From contig CACKFQ010000002.1 of assembly GCA_902599555.1 (NCBI GenBank), positions 15,235-79,234 on the forward strand: a stretch of 64,000 nucleotides of DNA, given 5' to 3'. Of the stretch, positions 18,900 through 29,380 are shown piece after piece; within the stretch, counting starts at the first letter, position 1, and every line of letters begins with the position of its first letter. The position numbers and the translations under genes are program-made. Source of the stretch: an uncultured Candidatus Actinomarina sp. GTDB lineage: Bacteria > Actinomycetota > Acidimicrobiia > Actinomarinales > Actinomarinaceae. The notes below the pieces were generated by a model. That model was not told the origin of the DNA. It made no database searches and saw only the letters and a program-made list of their open reading frames with translations.

Positions 18900-19777
18900 A
18901 CGAGTACTTTCTCTGGTTTGTAATATTTCTCATTAAAGGGTTTATAAATTGCCACAATATTGTTCTCGATAGATATTATATAATTTTCTTCATTTGAAAA
19001 CATTTTTCTAGTTAGAAGTTGACCATTCTTAATTGTTTCATGCATTTCTATATCTAGTTCAATTTTTGGCAGATTAATAACTTCTGCCCAATCTAATGAC
19101 ATTATTTTTGAGTTGTGATTTATAGCTTCAACATTTGTATTTAGATTTTTATGATTAATATTTAAATTACCAACGGCTGTCCTTGTAAGAGTATCTACTA
19201 TTGCATAAGTATTCAGATACTCACCTAATTGTTGAACAATGCTTCTTATATAAGTTCCCTTGCTAACAGTTATCTCAAAAGTGGCTTTGTTATCTAATAC
19301 TTCTAACAATTCTGTTCTTTCTACAAATATTTTTCTATCAGGAATTTCTACATCTTGATTTTGACGTGCATATTTATATAATCGTTTTCCTTTTACTTTA
19401 ATTGCTGAATAAATTGGTGGAGTCTGGGTAGACTCACCAACCAAATTAGTAAGAAATTCTTGTATTTGAGGTTTCAACTGTTCTGCACTTATATCATCAT
19501 GTTGTGTAATTTCTGAGTCAACATCAAGAGTTGGAGAAGAGTAACCTAATATTGCAATTACTTTATAAGTTTTGTTTGTGTTATCAATGTAATCAAATAA
19601 TTTTGTATACCCATTAGTAGCAAGAAGCATTAAACCATCTGCGTTTGGATCTAAGGTACCTGAGTGACCTACTTTTTTAAATCTAAAATTTTTTTTTAAT
19701 TTAGTACATAGGTCTTGAGAGGTCCAAGTTTTTGGTTTGTCTAATAGATAAAAGTTAGACTTGTGACTTAATTGCAT
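18896..19777 (-). CDS. truB: tRNA pseudouridine(55) synthase
   Basis: 'KVGHSGTLDP', 'PPIYSAIKVKG', 'SKGTYIRS'. Confidence 0.96.
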   Translation of the reverse strand: MQLSHKSNFYLLDKPKTWTSQDLCTKLKKNFRFKKVGHSGTLDPNADGLMLLATNGYTKLFDYIDNTNKTYKVIAILGYSSPTLDVDSEITQHDDISAEQLKPQIQEFLTNLVGESTQTPPIYSAIKVKGKRLYKYARQNQDVEIPDRKIFVERTELLEVLDNKATFEITVSKGTYIRSIVQQLGEYLNTYAIVDTLTRTAVGNLNINHKNLNTNVEAINHNSKIMSLDWAEVINLPKIELDIEMHETIKNGQLLTRKMFSNEENYIISIENNIVAIYKPFNEKYYKPEKVLV

Positions 19778-20702
19778 TCTTAACTTTATTTTTTATTTCT
19801 TCCATACTTAAATTTGTAGAAAATCCAGACGCTGCTTTATGTCCACCGCCACCAAATATCGAAGCAATCTGTTGAACATCTAATTCATTGCGAGACCTTA
19901 AGCTTCCTTTAAATGATTTATCTTGCTGCTCTTTTAACAATAAAGCCACACTTGATTCTTTCACCAATCTAATAGAATCAATTAAAAAATCTGTCTCAGA
20001 AGATTCAATGTTGTAATTGAGATAATCATCTTGTAAGACATACGAAACAACTAATTCTTCTTCTTCGTGTAATTCAATTCTGTTTAAAACTTCACTTTGT
20101 AGCTTGATTGCATTCATAGGAATAGACCCATAAATGTTATCACTTATGCTTGTAAGCTCAGCACCACTTAACATTAGTTTTGATGCGATTTCAAATACTT
20201 CATTATCTGTATTTGAATATTGAAATCTACCTGTATCAGTGATTAATCCTGTCATGAGACAATTGGCGATATTTTTATCGATGTCAATATTTGCAGAAAG
20301 AATTTCTCTGAATAGAACTTGCGTAGTACTAGCCGCTTTAGAATCAATTACCTGAATATCGCCAAAAGAAGGATTGATATGGTGATCTACAACAATGATT
20401 CTTTTAGCATTTAATGCTAAATCTTCTAAATCACCGAGTCTTTCTGAGTTTCCACAATCAAAAACATATATATTGTCATAATTTTCCTTTGGCTTATCCA
20501 AAATTAATTCAATGGGTAAGTGATTTAAATTAGAGGGAACATTACCTTTCATATCAAAAGAGACGTCGGAATCTATGCCTTTGCTGTCCAGTATTAATTT
20601 AAATGCTAAGGCAGAACCCAAAGCATCGCCGTCAGGGTTTATATGGCCTGTAATGAAATTAGAAGAATCTTTAATATCTTGAAAAAGTTTACTCATTCTC
20701 AA
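19755..20702 (-). CDS. nrnA: DHH/DHHA1 bifunctional oligoribonuclease/PAP phosphatase
   Basis: 'HINPDGDALGS', DHH, 'TDTGRF', 'GGGGHKAASG'; start may be the ATG at 20696. Confidence 0.93.
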   Translation of the reverse strand: MRMSKLFQDIKDSSNFITGHINPDGDALGSALAFKLILDSKGIDSDVSFDMKGNVPSNLNHLPIELILDKPKENYDNIYVFDCGNSERLGDLEDLALNAKRIIVVDHHINPSFGDIQVIDSKAASTTQVLFREILSANIDIDKNIANCLMTGLITDTGRFQYSNTDNEVFEIASKLMLSGAELTSISDNIYGSIPMNAIKLQSEVLNRIELHEEEELVVSYVLQDDYLNYNIESSETDFLIDSIRLVKESSVALLLKEQQDKSFKGSLRSRNELDVQQIASIFGGGGHKAASGFSTNLSMEEIKNKVKNAIKSQV

Positions 20703-21039
20703 TAGTCCTATCTAACAGTTCGTTGATTCTTAGAACATTATTAAATGTACTATCAACTTCAAAAATAATTTTGGGTACATTTTTTGTTGTCATTTCTCTT
20801 GCTAGTACTTTTTGAATTTTTGTTCTATTTTTTTCAAGTGCAGTTTTTAAAGAGCCTTCATTACCATCGAGTGTTGAAACAAATACCATTGATTTCTTTA
20901 GATCTGGTGAAGTAGAAACATGTGTAATAGTTGCTTTGTTTAGGACTGGATCAGAATTTCTTAAAAATGCGCTTGAGACAATTTTTTGAATGAGAGGGTT
21001 TATTCTATTTATTCTTCCACCACGTGTTTGATTACTCAT
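20689..21039 (-). CDS. rbfA: Ribosome-binding factor A
   Basis: 'ITHVSTSPDL', 'VPKIIFEVD'; position after infB. Confidence 0.9.
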   Translation of the reverse strand: MSNQTRGGRINRINPLIQKIVSSAFLRNSDPVLNKATITHVSTSPDLKKSMVFVSTLDGNEGSLKTALEKNRTKIQKVLAREMTTKNVPKIIFEVDSTFNNVLRINELLDRTIENE

Positions 21040-21048
21040 CGTTTTTTT

Positions 21049-23058
21049 CTAAACTTCTACTTCTCCAAGTATCTCTATTGTGTCGCCTTCTTTAATATCT
21101 TTATAATCTGAAAGACCTATACCGCACTCAAGACCTTCGTTAACGACTTCAACATTGTCTTTAAATCTTCTTAATGAAACAATGGTGCCTTCATAAATTA
21201 CTACACCGTCTCTTAGTAGTCGTGCCTTTGCGTCGAGTTCTACTTTACCTTCAGAAACTACAGAACCAGCAACTACACCAACTTTTGGTGCACGGAATGT
21301 AGTTTTAACTTCAACCATTCCAATAATTGCTTCTTCAGTTTTTATAGTCATTTGTCCAAGTACCGCTTCAGAAATATCGTCTAGCAATTCATAAATAATG
21401 TTGTATGTTCTTACGTCAATACCTTTGCTTTGAGCCATGTTTCTTGCCTGGCTATCAGGTCTTACATTAAAACCAATAATAAGTGACTCTGTAGCACTGG
21501 CTAAATCAACATCAGATAATACAATTCCCCCTACTGCTGAGTGAACAACTTGGATATTTACATCATCTGTTGCTAGTTTGTTTATACCATCTTTAATTGC
21601 TTCAACTGAGCCATTGGTGTCAGCTTTTAAAATTACATTTACTGTATTTAACTCACCCTCTTGTAAAAGTTTCATCATGTCACTAACTCGTGACTCAACT
21701 GAAAATGATGAGTTGTCATGCTCTTTTAATTTAGTTTTATTTTCTTCAGCTTTTGCCTTAGCTTCTTTTTGATTTTTAACAGCAACAAATTGATCACCTG
21801 CAGTTGGTGATTCATCCCAGCCTATAATATCTATCGGAGAACCTGGCTCTACAGACTTTACTGTTTTATTATTGTGATCAAACATTGACTTAACTCTACA
21901 AAATGCTTGACCAGCATAAAGAAAATCACCTTGTTTTAGAGTACCTCTTGTAACTATTACCGTAGCAACATTACCTCTACCAACTTCCATGCGTGATTCA
22001 ACAATATACCCAGAAGCATTTGTATTATAATTTGCTTTTAGTTCTTCTATTTCTGCTACAAGTGCAAGTGTTTCAAGCAATTCATCAACTCCATCACCTT
22101 TAAGTGCGGAAACTTCAACTACAGGAGTATCTCCACCTAAGTCTTCAGAAATTACTTCATATTTTGTAAGCTCAGCTTTAATCATAGATGGATTAGCTTC
22201 AGGTAAATCACACTTATTTATGGCGACAACTATAGGTACATCTGCAGCTTTTGAGTGGTTGATTGCTTCAATTGTTTGAGGCATTACTCCGTCATCAGCA
22301 GCTACTACTAAGACAACTATATCAGTGACATTTGCACCTCTAGCTCTCATTTGTGTAAATGCTTCGTGACCAGGGGTATCAATAAAAGTAATTCCTGACT
22401 CTCCAGTATCTACTTTATAAGCTCCAACGTGTTGTGTTATACCACCAGCCTCACCATCAGCAACTTTTTCATTTCTTATATAATCCAACAAGCTAGTTTT
22501 GCCATGGTCCACATGACCCATAACTGTAATTATTGGTGCTCTTAAATTTAATTTATCTGGATCGTCTTCAAAATCTTGAAATTCGATAATATCTTCTCTT
22601 GAAATTGTTACTTCATCAATCAAATCAGGAATTAGATTGTACTTTTCAAAAAGCTTTTCTATATCACTATCATCTAATGGTGTATCTAAAGCTTTCATTA
22701 TTCCTAGACCCATTAAATCACCAACAATTTGTGTGGCTTCAACTTCTATAAGTGAGCTAATTTTTTCTGGAGATGAATTCCTAGAAACTTCAATAATCTG
22801 TACATCATCTTCGACAACTTCTTCAGATTCAGCTTCTGGATCACCCTGAATAGCTTCTTCTTGTTCAGAGACCTCCTCAGATTCAACTTCTGGTTCATCT
22901 TCTGGCATCAAAGCTAATTTAACTAATTCTTCTTCCTCTTCAGTTAAACCAGATGATGCAGTTTTTACTTCTATACCAAGCTCTTTTGCTTGATGCAAAA
23001 TGTCAGCTGATGCTAAATCAAGTTCCTTTGCGATTTGATGAATTCGCTTTTTAGCCAT
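21049..23058 (-). CDS. infB: Translation initiation factor IF-2
   Basis: 'GHVDHGKTS', 'DTPGHEAF', 'NKCD', 'LRRFKD'. Confidence 0.98.
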   Translation of the reverse strand: MAKKRIHQIAKELDLASADILHQAKELGIEVKTASSGLTEEEEELVKLALMPEDEPEVESEEVSEQEEAIQGDPEAESEEVVEDDVQIIEVSRNSSPEKISSLIEVEATQIVGDLMGLGIMKALDTPLDDSDIEKLFEKYNLIPDLIDEVTISREDIIEFQDFEDDPDKLNLRAPIITVMGHVDHGKTSLLDYIRNEKVADGEAGGITQHVGAYKVDTGESGITFIDTPGHEAFTQMRARGANVTDIVVLVVAADDGVMPQTIEAINHSKAADVPIVVAINKCDLPEANPSMIKAELTKYEVISEDLGGDTPVVEVSALKGDGVDELLETLALVAEIEELKANYNTNASGYIVESRMEVGRGNVATVIVTRGTLKQGDFLYAGQAFCRVKSMFDHNNKTVKSVEPGSPIDIIGWDESPTAGDQFVAVKNQKEAKAKAEENKTKLKEHDNSSFSVESRVSDMMKLLQEGELNTVNVILKADTNGSVEAIKDGINKLATDDVNIQVVHSAVGGIVLSDVDLASATESLIIGFNVRPDSQARNMAQSKGIDVRTYNIIYELLDDISEAVLGQMTIKTEEAIIGMVEVKTTFRAPKVGVVAGSVVSEGKVELDAKARLLRDGVVIYEGTIVSLRRFKDNVEVVNEGLECGIGLSDYKDIKEGDTIEILGEVEV

Positions 23059-24093
23059 TTACTCTTCCTCTTTTGACGCACTCTCTTCTTCGTCAGATTC
23101 CTCTATTTGTGGAGAGTCTCCAAGTCCTTCTATATCTATTTTATATCCAGTTAATTTTGCAGCTAATCGAGCATTTTGGCCTTCTTTTCCTATTGCTAAG
23201 GAAAGTTGACTATCTTTTACAACTACTCTTGCTGTTTTTAAATCTTCATCAATTTCAACTTCGTCAATATCAGCAGGCCCAAGAGCTTCTTTGATGAACC
23301 TTACTTTGTCTTCTCTCCATTCAACAACATCAAGTTTTTCTCCTCGTAGTTCATTGACTATCTGCCTTACACGATTTCCTCTAGAACCAACACATGCACC
23401 TTTTGGGTCAACATTAGGATCATTAGAAAAAACTGCAATCTTAGTTCTACTTCCCGCTTCTCTTGCTATTGCTCTAAGTTCAACAGTACCATCAGTTAGT
23501 TCTGGAACCTCTAATTCGAGCATTCTTTGGACAAATTCAGCTTTACTTCTGCTTACGATAATTGGAATACCTTTAGCATCTTCCCTTACTTCAGTAATTA
23601 AAGCTTTGACTCTATTGCCTCTTTCGAGACGCTCGAATGGTACTCTTTCACCAGATGGAATTACAGCTTCTGCATCTTGTAGATCCAAAATTGTTTGATT
23701 AAATCTAGGATCAAATTGAGTTACTATTCCAGTAATAAGTTCGCCCTCTCTGCCTATATATGCATCTAAAACAGTAGCTCTTTTTGCATCACGAATTTTT
23801 GTAGTCATCATTTGCTTGAAAGATTGTGCAGCTATTCTTCCAAATTCATCTTCATCAAGCTCTACTTTCCACTCTTCAATAACGTTTCCTTCATTATCTA
23901 ATTCTTGAGCATAAATTAATACTTCACCACTATCTGGATTTAATGTTACTCTTGCTTCTTCTGCCGCCCCAGGAATCCTCATATATGCAGATCTAAAAGC
24001 AGACACTAAAGCTTCATACATACTTTCTACAGCAACACCCTTATCCAGTGCTAAAGATTCAATTGCTTGTTTGCTATCACTTCCTAATTTCAT
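23059..24093 (-). CDS. nusA: Transcription termination factor NusA
   Basis: 'FGRIAAQ', 'AREAGSRTKIAV', 'SLAIGKEGQNARLAAKLTG'. Confidence 0.97.
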   Translation of the reverse strand: MKLGSDSKQAIESLALDKGVAVESMYEALVSAFRSAYMRIPGAAEEARVTLNPDSGEVLIYAQELDNEGNVIEEWKVELDEDEFGRIAAQSFKQMMTTKIRDAKRATVLDAYIGREGELITGIVTQFDPRFNQTILDLQDAEAVIPSGERVPFERLERGNRVKALITEVREDAKGIPIIVSRSKAEFVQRMLELEVPELTDGTVELRAIAREAGSRTKIAVFSNDPNVDPKGACVGSRGNRVRQIVNELRGEKLDVVEWREDKVRFIKEALGPADIDEVEIDEDLKTARVVVKDSQLSLAIGKEGQNARLAAKLTGYKIDIEGLGDSPQIEESDEEESASKEEE

Positions 24094-24095
24094 AA

Positions 24096-24569
24096 TTATC
24101 CCTTTACTCTTTCTTTAAATTGTTTAAATTCTATTTTTGCGTTCTTAATGTTTGAAAAGCTTATTTCAATTTCAGTTATCTCTGTTTTTAAAACTATATT
24201 TTTTTCTCCAACTGAAACAAGATCCCCTTCAAATGTATATACATCATTTATCGGTTCAAATAATTTAACTTTTATTAACTCTCCTATTGAAAGTTCAAAA
24301 TGCCTAAAGGATTTAAGTTTTCTTTCAATTCCTGGACTTGAAACAATCATATCGAATGAGCCTTTTTCGTACCCCAGATTTTCAACTAATCTATTTAATT
24401 GTCTATTTAATCTTGTAGTGATGTCGATATTTACATCTTCAACGGAATATATAAATACTTCAATTTTTGAAATATTTGGAAAATTGACAATATTAAGATC
24501 ATAAAGCTCTAAATTTTCATCTTTTAGATATGAGTCAATTTGTTGTTGGATTTCGTTTTCAGAAACCAT
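24096..24569 (-). CDS. rimP: Ribosome maturation factor RimP
   Basis: 'VSSPGIERKL'; start moved to ATG 24569, which has SD GAGGAGG. Confidence 0.9.
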   Translation of the reverse strand: MVSENEIQQQIDSYLKDENLELYDLNIVNFPNISKIEVFIYSVEDVNIDITTRLNRQLNRLVENLGYEKGSFDMIVSSPGIERKLKSFRHFELSIGELIKVKLFEPINDVYTFEGDLVSVGEKNIVLKTEITEIEISFSNIKNAKIEFKQFKERVKG

Positions 24570-24583
24570 AAAAACCTCCTCAT

Positions 24584-24610
24584 AAAAAAAAGCGGGTTTG
24601 ACACCCACTT
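24584..24610 (-). terminator. Terminator-like hairpin in the rimP leader (attenuator and/or proS terminator)
   Basis: Minus strand AAGUGGGU-GUCAA-ACCCGCUU followed by a U-run, immediately before the rimP SD. Confidence 0.75.
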
Positions 24611-24670
24611 TACGTAGCTAAATTGTCAATATCAATTATATCAAATTTAGAAAGTTATTAAAAGGGATTT

Positions 24671-26101
24671 TTAATAAGCTTTTGAAAAAATAGCTAATTT
24701 TCCTTGTGTATTTTCATTATTTACAGCTTTATCTGTTTTTTCTTCATCTAAAACGTAACACCTTAGCGTAGCTTTGGTTTCTGCTTTAACTTTATCTTCG
24801 TCATCACTATTTTCATCCCAAAAACATGTAACAAAACCTGGTTCTCCATTAAGTGCACTTATAAGATCTTCATATGAATCAACATGTACTGTATTTTCTT
24901 TACGAAAATTTTTCGACGATTCAAGTAAATTATTATGTATATTATCTAAAGTTTCAGAGACTTTAGTATCAACATCATCGAAATTTATATTAAATTTTCC
25001 ATCAACACCATCTCTTCTTGAGAAAACAACTGTTTTATTTTCAACATCTCTTGGTCCAATTTCAATTCTTAATGGAACGCCCTTTAATTCCCATTCATTA
25101 AATTTAAATCCTGGAGATATATTATCTCTATCATCTACATAGACTCTGAAACTTTTTCCTAATTCTTCGCTGATTTTCGTTGTTGCGTCTAATACTAATG
25201 CTTTGGATTCCTCGTTAGGTGTAATGGGAATAATTACAACCTGGTGTGGTGCTAACTTAGGAGGCAAATTTAAACCTTTATCATCACCATGAGCCATTAT
25301 TATCATGCCAATCAATCTAGTACTCACTCCCCAGCTAGTTTGATAAGGATGTTGTAAATTATTTTCCTCATCTGAAAATTGAATTTCAAAAGCTTTAGAA
25401 AAATTTTGGCCTAATTCGTGTGAAGTTCCCGCTTGTAAAGCTTTCATGTCTTTCATCATTGCTTCAATAGAATATGTTCTGGTAGCACCTGCGAATCTTT
25501 CATTTGCTGACTTTATACCTTTCACAACTGATACTGCAGCTGCATTTTCTGCAAATTCAGAGTAAATTTCTAACATCCTAAGAGCTTCTTCGGTTGCTTC
25601 AGATTCTGTTGCATGAGCTGTATGGCCTTCTTGCCATAAAAATTCTGATGTTCTTAAAAATAATCTAGTCCTCATTTCCCAACGAACAACATTTGCCCAC
25701 TGATTTATCAACATTGGTAAATCTCTATGGCTTTTGATCCATTTTGCAAACATATGATTGATAATTGTTTCTGACGTAGGTCTTACAACTAATGGTTCCT
25801 CGAGCTCTTTTCCACCTGCATGGGTTACCATTGCTAGCTCAGGAGAAAAACCTTCAACATGTTCAGCTTCTTTTTGGATAAATGAATTTGGAATAAATAG
25901 TGGAAAATAAGCATTTTGATGTCCTGTTTCTTTAAACTTTTTATCCAAATATGATTGCACACTCTCCCAAATAGAATATCCGTATGGTCTAATGACCATG
26001 GTTCCTTTTACAGGTGAATAATCTGCCAATTGAGCTTGTTGAATGATGTCGGTATACCATTCATTAAAATCTTCTGACATTGGAGTAAGCTTTTCAACCA
26101 T
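24671..26101 (-). CDS. proS: Proline--tRNA ligase (archaeal/eukaryote-like short type)
   Basis: 'RPTSET', 'QWANVVRWE', 'FLWQEGHT', 'SWGVSTR', C-terminal 'FSKAY'. Confidence 0.97.
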   Translation of the reverse strand: MVEKLTPMSEDFNEWYTDIIQQAQLADYSPVKGTMVIRPYGYSIWESVQSYLDKKFKETGHQNAYFPLFIPNSFIQKEAEHVEGFSPELAMVTHAGGKELEEPLVVRPTSETIINHMFAKWIKSHRDLPMLINQWANVVRWEMRTRLFLRTSEFLWQEGHTAHATESEATEEALRMLEIYSEFAENAAAVSVVKGIKSANERFAGATRTYSIEAMMKDMKALQAGTSHELGQNFSKAFEIQFSDEENNLQHPYQTSWGVSTRLIGMIIMAHGDDKGLNLPPKLAPHQVVIIPITPNEESKALVLDATTKISEELGKSFRVYVDDRDNISPGFKFNEWELKGVPLRIEIGPRDVENKTVVFSRRDGVDGKFNINFDDVDTKVSETLDNIHNNLLESSKNFRKENTVHVDSYEDLISALNGEPGFVTCFWDENSDDEDKVKAETKATLRCYVLDEEKTDKAVNNENTQGKLAIFSKAY

Positions 26102-26119
26102 GTTTATATATTAAAGGTT

Positions 26120-27340
26120 TTAATTTTCAATATCTTTATTTGTTGTAATCTCTATTACCGACTTTGTCTTTTGTTCAAAATTATTAATATCTCCTTGTAT
26201 ATTTAGCAATTCTTTTACATCTTCTTCAGCTATTTGAGCTGCATCTGTATCAGCAGCAGCAAGTCTTGCATCGATGCCTTCCTCAGCAATCAATCTTCCT
26301 TCTTTTAACAAGGCACCAACCATATCTTTCTCATCAACAACTTTTACAACCTGTCCTTTGATGAATAAATGTCCTCTTTTTTTGCCTGCAGCAATACCCA
26401 GATCTGCTGACCTCGCTTCGCCAGGTCCATTTACAACACATCCCATAACAGCTACTTGAATTGGAAGGCCTTCTTTTTCAAGAACTTCCTGTGCTTCTGC
26501 AGCAATTTTTATAACATCAACTTCAGCTCTGCCGCAACTAGGGCAAGCTATCAAGTCAAGTGACTTTCTTTCTCTCAGATTTAGGTACTCTAATAATTGT
26601 CGGCCATATTTGGCTTCTTCTACTGGATCTGTTGTAAGTGACAGTCTTATGGTATCCCCAATACCTTCAGAAAGAAGTGTAGAAATTCCCGCGATAGATT
26701 TAATTAAGCCACCAGGTAAAGGACCCGCTTCGGTAACACCTAAATGTAAAGGGTATTCAACTGTTTCCGCAAGAAGTCTATAAGATTCGATCATTAAAGG
26801 GACATTAGAATGTTTTACAGAAATCTTAATATCATGAAAATCAACATCCTCAAGATATCTTGCTTCTAATAATGCGGATTCAACAAGTGCTTCAGGAACA
26901 GCATCACCATATTTTTCTAGAATATCTTTATCTAAGGAACCTGCATTAACTCCTATACGTATAGGAATATTTGCATTTAAACATTCTCTAGCTACTTCTT
27001 TAATTTGTTTTTCATTTCTAATATTTCCTGGATTTAACCTCAAACCATGTACACCTGCTTCAACAGCTGCAAGAGCTAATTTATATTGAAAATGAATATC
27101 TGCAACAATTGGTACGGGGCTTCTTGCACAAATTTTTACAAGAGATTCTGCAGCTTTTATTTCATTGCATGTAACTCTAACAATATCTGCACCATTATTA
27201 GCTAGTTCATAAACTTGCCCTAAAGTCTCATCAGTATCTCTAGTCTTTGTAGTTGTCATAGACTGTACAGACACTGGATAGTCAGAACCTACTCCAACTT
27301 TTCCGACTTGGATTTGCGATGTTTGTCTTCTTTCACTCAT
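26120..27340 (-). CDS. ispG: (E)-4-hydroxy-3-methylbut-2-enyl-diphosphate synthase
   Basis: 'SVQSMT', 'RLNPGNI', 'CPSCGR', 'GCVVNGPGE'. Confidence 0.97.
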   Translation of the reverse strand: MSERRQTSQIQVGKVGVGSDYPVSVQSMTTTKTRDTDETLGQVYELANNGADIVRVTCNEIKAAESLVKICARSPVPIVADIHFQYKLALAAVEAGVHGLRLNPGNIRNEKQIKEVARECLNANIPIRIGVNAGSLDKDILEKYGDAVPEALVESALLEARYLEDVDFHDIKISVKHSNVPLMIESYRLLAETVEYPLHLGVTEAGPLPGGLIKSIAGISTLLSEGIGDTIRLSLTTDPVEEAKYGRQLLEYLNLRERKSLDLIACPSCGRAEVDVIKIAAEAQEVLEKEGLPIQVAVMGCVVNGPGEARSADLGIAAGKKRGHLFIKGQVVKVVDEKDMVGALLKEGRLIAEEGIDARLAAADTDAAQIAEEDVKELLNIQGDINNFEQKTKSVIEITTNKDIEN

Positions 27341-28440
27341 AATCTAATTGGTTGTGTGATATCTAAGTAAAAAGCTGTAATCCCTAAAAAAACAAAAATA
27401 ACAATTACAACAGCAGCAAGAGGATAGAGTTTCTTATCTGGTATTTTTTTACCAGTAATCCCTTCATAAAGTGCAAGTACGACTCTACCTCCATCTAAGG
27501 GTACAAGTGGAATAGAGTTGAAAACTGCAAGAAAAATATTTACGAATGCTAAGAGGGTAAATAAATTTACATATCCACCTTCCGCAATTTGGTTGCCTGC
27601 TTGAGCTAATCCTATAGGGCTAAGAGGTCTTGCCTCGTCTGGAACAACTTCCCCACTATATGTTCCTAAAAGTGTTTGTAAATTTTGTGGACTAAATAAT
27701 GTAAATATTCCTTCAACTGCTGCTTTAGTCATATCAATCTCAACTAATGTTGTTGCAGAAATTGAATCGATAATACCCATCTTTTGATTTTCAATTTTTG
27801 GAGAGACACCAAGGTAGCCAGATTCATTATTTGCAATTACTCTTGATTCTAAAACTGCTGTTGTAACATAACTCTGACCATTTCTTGTGTACCCAATAGA
27901 TACGTTTGAATTAGGATTTTCCTCTATATAGCCAACTAGTTCTCTCCAGGTTGTAACTTGGTTACCATTAAAACTTGTTATTACATCACCCTCTTTTAGA
28001 CCTGCTTTAGAGGATGGTGCCTCTGAGGATGAATCGATTGAGGACACTCCAATTGTTTCAATTTGGAGTGTTGGTTGCTCAACGCCATAAAAGGTAAAAA
28101 TTGAGAAAAGAATTAACCAAGCTAACACAAAATTTACAATTATTCCTGATGAAGCAATATAAAGTTTTTTTGTCCAAGAAGCAGTATGGAAAAGTTCATC
28201 TGAATCATAACCCTCTACAGACTCATTTTCATCCATACCGGGAATTTTTACATAACCACCAAGTAAAAGGGCTTTAAGTCCGTACTCTGTATTGTTCCTT
28301 TTAAACGAAAATAACCTTGGTCCAAAACCAACAAAAAATTCAGAAACTGCTATCTTTGATCTTTTTGCTGATATATAGTGACCTAATTCATGCAAAACTA
28401 CAAAAAGCGTTAGTAAAGCAATTGTTAAAAATGCGTTCAT
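27337..28440 (-). CDS. rseP: RIP metalloprotease (M50 family, PDZ domain)
   Basis: HELGH, PDZ segment, 'NSIPLVPLDGG'. Confidence 0.93.
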   Translation of the reverse strand: MNAFLTIALLTLFVVLHELGHYISAKRSKIAVSEFFVGFGPRLFSFKRNNTEYGLKALLLGGYVKIPGMDENESVEGYDSDELFHTASWTKKLYIASSGIIVNFVLAWLILFSIFTFYGVEQPTLQIETIGVSSIDSSSEAPSSKAGLKEGDVITSFNGNQVTTWRELVGYIEENPNSNVSIGYTRNGQSYVTTAVLESRVIANNESGYLGVSPKIENQKMGIIDSISATTLVEIDMTKAAVEGIFTLFSPQNLQTLLGTYSGEVVPDEARPLSPIGLAQAGNQIAEGGYVNLFTLLAFVNIFLAVFNSIPLVPLDGGRVVLALYEGITGKKIPDKKLYPLAAVVIVIFVFLGITAFYLDITQPIRL

Positions 28441-28459
28441 ATATTAATTATTACACTTA

Positions 28460-29380
28460 TTAAATTAAATCTAAAAACTGTATAAAAAGAACTAAAACAG
28501 GAAAACTAAGTATTTGAGAATCTACTCTATCTAACACGCCCCCATGACCTGGCAAGAAATCACTCGAATCTTTTACGTCTAATGATCTTTTAATTCTTGA
28601 TTCAAATAAGTCACCCAATACACCAAATAAAATAAAGATTAATGAAATCAGTAAAGTTGGGATGGTTTCTATTTCAAAATTGTTACTTAAAACAATATAC
28701 ATAGCTAATGAACCAGTAATTAAACCTGCAAAGAAACCCTCTACTGTTTTATTTGGTGAAATTTCTTCATACAGTTTTCTTTTACCATATCGTCTACCGA
28801 ATTCATACGCAGCAATATCAGAAACAGATATAGAAATAAGAGCCAAAAAGGTAAATAAAGCTCCAACATTTTGAAGCACATAACCTATGCAAGCTAAACC
28901 AGTACCAAACCAAATCAAAAATAAGAATGAACTTCCAAATTTTTCATATATCCCATAAGTTACAAAAGTTCCTGTGTAGACAATCACACCTATCGGGAAA
29001 ATAAAGAGTGGTACATGAATATTTTCTAGACCGTAAAAGTATGCAATTACAAGTGGTGCAAGAGATGCATACAGCAGTAAAGGATATGGAATTATTACTC
29101 CATAATCAAAAATATCAAACCATTCTTTCGTAGAAATTAAAGCAATAAGAATTAATAAAATAAAAGCTGAAGTTTTATTTAAAAACAGAAGGGAAACAAC
29201 TAATAGTAATCCTAATCCAGTAAACACCCTTGGATTTGATGTAAACCTATTTCCTTTTTCTTCATTGCCTGTATCATATTCGCTTGGCAAGCCTTCCTCG
29301 TCAGGTATTTCAATATAACCAGGCCAAAATGTTCCATCGTTGTCAGACTGTAAATACTTATTAAACTTCAAGAAGTTCAT
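28460..29380 (-). CDS. cdsA: Phosphatidate cytidylyltransferase
   Basis: 'SPNKTVEG', 'GDLFESRIKR..VKDS...PGHGGVLDRVDS'; exact start uncertain. Confidence 0.93.
   Translation of the reverse strand: MNFLKFNKYLQSDNDGTFWPGYIEIPDEEGLPSEYDTGNEEKGNRFTSNPRVFTGLGLLLVVSLLFLNKTSAFILLILIALISTKEWFDIFDYGVIIPYPLLLYASLAPLVIAYFYGLENIHVPLFIFPIGVIVYTGTFVTYGIYEKFGSSFLFLIWFGTGLACIGYVLQNVGALFTFLALISISVSDIAAYEFGRRYGKRKLYEEISPNKTVEGFFAGLITGSLAMYIVLSNNFEIETIPTLLISLIFILFGVLGDLFESRIKRSLDVKDSSDFLPGHGGVLDRVDSQILSFPVLVLFIQFLDLI

Noticed and set aside
22800-23110. Glu-rich low-complexity repeats (tcttc runs) in the IF-2 N-terminus and NusA tail; similar in the S16 and PNPase tails
   Set aside because: Ordinary acidic or disordered linkers in coding sequence, not DNA repeat elements.
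24570-24608. ORF-track N-terminal extensions of rimP (also SDR 5701, permease 33696, cofH 39662, ddn 61939)
   Set aside because: The extensions run through hairpins or upstream genes; downstream ATGs have better SD, -10 or stop-start coupling.
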